NCBI GenBank assembly: GCA_002269645.1
Contig: NIVC01004618.1
Coordinates: 1-40,403 of the forward strand
Direction: 5' to 3'
Length of the DNA stretch: 40,403 nucleotides
From: Macrostomum lignano
Taxonomy: Eukaryota
Shown: in pieces, positions 38,312 to 40,403 of the stretch
Position numbering within the stretch: position 1 is the stretch's first letter
How the letters are laid out: every line of letters starts with the position of its first letter
Made by a program: the position numbers and the translations under genes
The notes under the pieces: generated by a model
What the model saw: the letters and a program-made list of their open reading frames with translations, nothing else
Database searches by the model: none
What the model was told of the DNA's origin: nothing

Positions 38312-38424
38312 GACCCTGGCCCGATGGCCGTCAGCTCACTGGGCGAGCATCGATCAGCGAGGCCTGGGCTTCCGACTGGGCGGCTTTGCGCCGGGCCGCT
38401 TCATTCTGGCCACCGGCCCGGGTC
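38312..38424 (-). promoter_or_regulatory. SECIS-like element (type II) in the 3' UTR of the SELENOS-like gene
   Basis: AUGAA (38404-38400) opposite UGAU (38356-38353); 12 nt to an AAA bulge; apical CCG/CGG mini-helix; about 17-bp helix I (38424-38408 with 38329-38312); about 510 nt downstream of the UGA. Confidence 0.75.
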
Positions 38425-38931
38425 CGCGATGGGGAGACAACGGTATCATAGGGGCTGTACTTTAGATTGCCCTAGCAGTAGTATATGCCAAGGGGGCAAA
38501 TCAACTCAGTGGATGACGCGTCTGACTTAAGCGACACAGCGCCCGAGTTCGATTCTGCGCTCGCATGTGGCTCCGGTCAGCAAAATGGGCATAAGTGCTG
38601 AGGTAGTGTCAAAGCTCCCCCAAAACTTTCCAACTCAACCAACCGCTTGTCTGCCACTCGAGTCTGAATCGAATTCTTTGAAATACTTCGCGTTCAACGC
38701 TAGCATTGACCCCCACTCGACAGTACTCACTGCTAAGGCTGTATTGTACAAGAGTTCAGTTACGCACTAATTGGGACATACAAGTTCAAAAACTCCATTT
38801 AACCGCGCCAGCCAACTGTCGAGGCCGCAACCCGGCATTCGGTCCGGGCCCGGCCTGCAGCGGAATGCCGCCCCTTTCAAAGCCTCTGGAGGGGAAGGGG
38901 CGGCCATTCCCAGCTGGGAGGCGCAGTTAGC

Positions 38932-39459
38932 TCATCCACCACCCGCGCTGGTGCAGGGCGGCGGGCGGTAGCGGGCCGCCGCTCCCGAGTCGCCGACCAG
39001 CGGGTTGTACTCATTGCGAAGGCGTCGCTTGCCGCCGCCGCTGCCGCCTCCAGAGGCATTGCGCCGCTGCTAAGCGGCGGAGACGGCGTCGGCCTCGTCG
39101 CCAGTGTACTTCAGCAGCGAGCGGCGATTGCGGCCAGGTTGGCCAGGCACGTAGCCGGCAGAGGCTGAGGCGCTGTTGGCAGCGGTGGCCTCCACCTGCT
39201 TGGCCTCCCGCTGCTCTGCATCCAGCTGCAGCTGGCGGAGCTGTCTCTCGCGGGCCTCGGCAACGCGGGCCTGTCTGACTGCGAACTCCTCGCTGTCAGC
39301 CGCCGAGTCCGACCGCTTGGCGGCAGCGGCGCGGGCGCGCTGGGCGGCAGCGGCTGCCGCGGGCCGAACGTAGCGCGAGTAGATGAAAGCGGCAGCGCAG
39401 ACTCCGATGAGGAGAGGCCAGCCGTAGGTGGCCAGGAAATCTGCGGCCGCGTTTAGCAT
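38932..39459 (-). CDS. SELENOS: Selenoprotein S (SelS/VIMP)-like protein ending ...PPPCTSAGG-UGA; probable phase-0 intron ending at the TAG at 39072-39070
   Basis: FLATYGW plus a TM helix; RQARVAEARERQ coiled coil; G/P-rich tail with LRNEYNPLVGDSG...RYRP and GG-TGA, as in SelS; SECIS-like element downstream. The start may have an upstream exon. Confidence 0.8.
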
Positions 39460-39654
39460 GGCTGGATTGGACTGGGGCTGCTTCAGTAGGGAGTCGAGAG
39501 CAGCGGGTGGGTGCGCAAGTTAATATGCGCTGCGGGATCAATTGCTCTAATGACACTTGGGACAAAGTGTGCCGTTGCTAAGGCACTGGAAAGCGGATGT
39601 GTGGCTGCTAGGAATACTGGAAACAGTCTAATAGGGGTGCGGTTGCTAAGTTCA

Positions 39655-40403
39655 TTAGGAGTTGCTAAGTTCAACAGGATGTGAGGTTGCTAAGGATACA
39701 GGAACAGGATGTGGAGTTGCTAAGGATACAGGGAACAGGATGTGGGTTGCTAAGGACACGGGAACAGGATGTGGGGTTGCTAAGAGCACAGGGAACATGT
39801 GGTTGCTAACGACACAGGGAACATGATGTGGGGTTGCTAAGGATACAGGGAACAGGATGCGAGGTTGCTAAGGACACAGGGAACAGGATGTGGGGTTGCT
39901 AAGAGCACAGGGAACATGTGGTTGCTAACGACACAGGGAACATGATGTGGGGTTGCTAAGGATACAGGGAACAGGATGTGGGGTTGCTAACGGCACAGGG
40001 AACATGATGTGGGGTTGCTAACGGCACAGGGAACATGATGTGGGGTTGCTAACGGCACAGGGAACATGATGTGGGGTTGCTAACGGCACAGGGAACATGA
40101 TGTGGGGTTGCTAAGGTCACAGGGAACATGATGTGGGGTTGCTAACGGCACAGGGAACATGATGTGGGGTTGCTAACGGCACAGGGAACATGATGTGGGG
40201 TTGCTAAGGATACAGGGAACAGGATGCGAGGTTGCTAAGGACACAGGGAACATTATGTGGGGTTGCTAACGGCACAGGGAACATGATGTGGGGTTGCTAA
40301 CGACACAGGGAACATGATGTGGGGTTGCTAAGGATACAGGGAACAGGATGTGGGGTTGCTAACGGCACAGGGAACATGATGTGGGGTTTGCTAACGGCAC
40401 AGG
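39655..40403. repeat. About 31-bp minisatellite (GGGAACATGATGTGGGGTTGCTAACGGCACA)n running off the window
   Basis: Visible tandem units with variants. Confidence 0.95.

Noticed and set aside
39070-39459. 129-aa ORF as a standalone unknown membrane protein
   Set aside because: SelS-like sequence continues in frame past the TAG to GG-UGA, and a SECIS-like element follows.

Overview
Eukaryotic (animal) genomic DNA, not prokaryotic. It has spliceosomal GT-AG introns, GC- and Ala-rich exons, and a different minisatellite in many introns; my inference is a free-living flatworm such as Macrostomum. Host genes: (1) a roughly 900-aa all-phase-0 coiled-coil gene (- strand, about 109-16100). Its introns carry a 5'-truncated RT+RNase H LINE and a young, full-length BEL/Pao LTR retrotransposon (280-bp LTRs differing at 1 nt, GTATC TSD, tRNA-Lys(UUU)-type PBS). 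(2) GABARAP/Atg8 (+, 3 exons, 117 aa). (3) A 10-exon MFSD8/CLN7-like MFS transporter (-, 466 aa). (4) RPL24 (-, intronless CDS). (5) A selenoprotein S-like gene (-) with a UGA at the Sec position and a SECIS-like element. Between genes lie an RTE-like LINE fragment, a THAP-bearing P-superfamily transposon (34-bp TIRs, exact 8-bp TSD), two foldback/MITE-like elements and a second LINE fragment. Most notable: four tandem box C/D snoRNAs (SNORD43/snR70-like, predicted to target the 18S decoding-centre cytidine) between SELENOS and RPL24; a SECIS with an extra hairpin; a duplicated MFSD8 terminal exon lying antisense inside a GABARAP intron; and a minisatellite made of an amplified exon/splice-donor junction. 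Several frameshifts may be assembly indels. All analysis was by eye; no searches were run.
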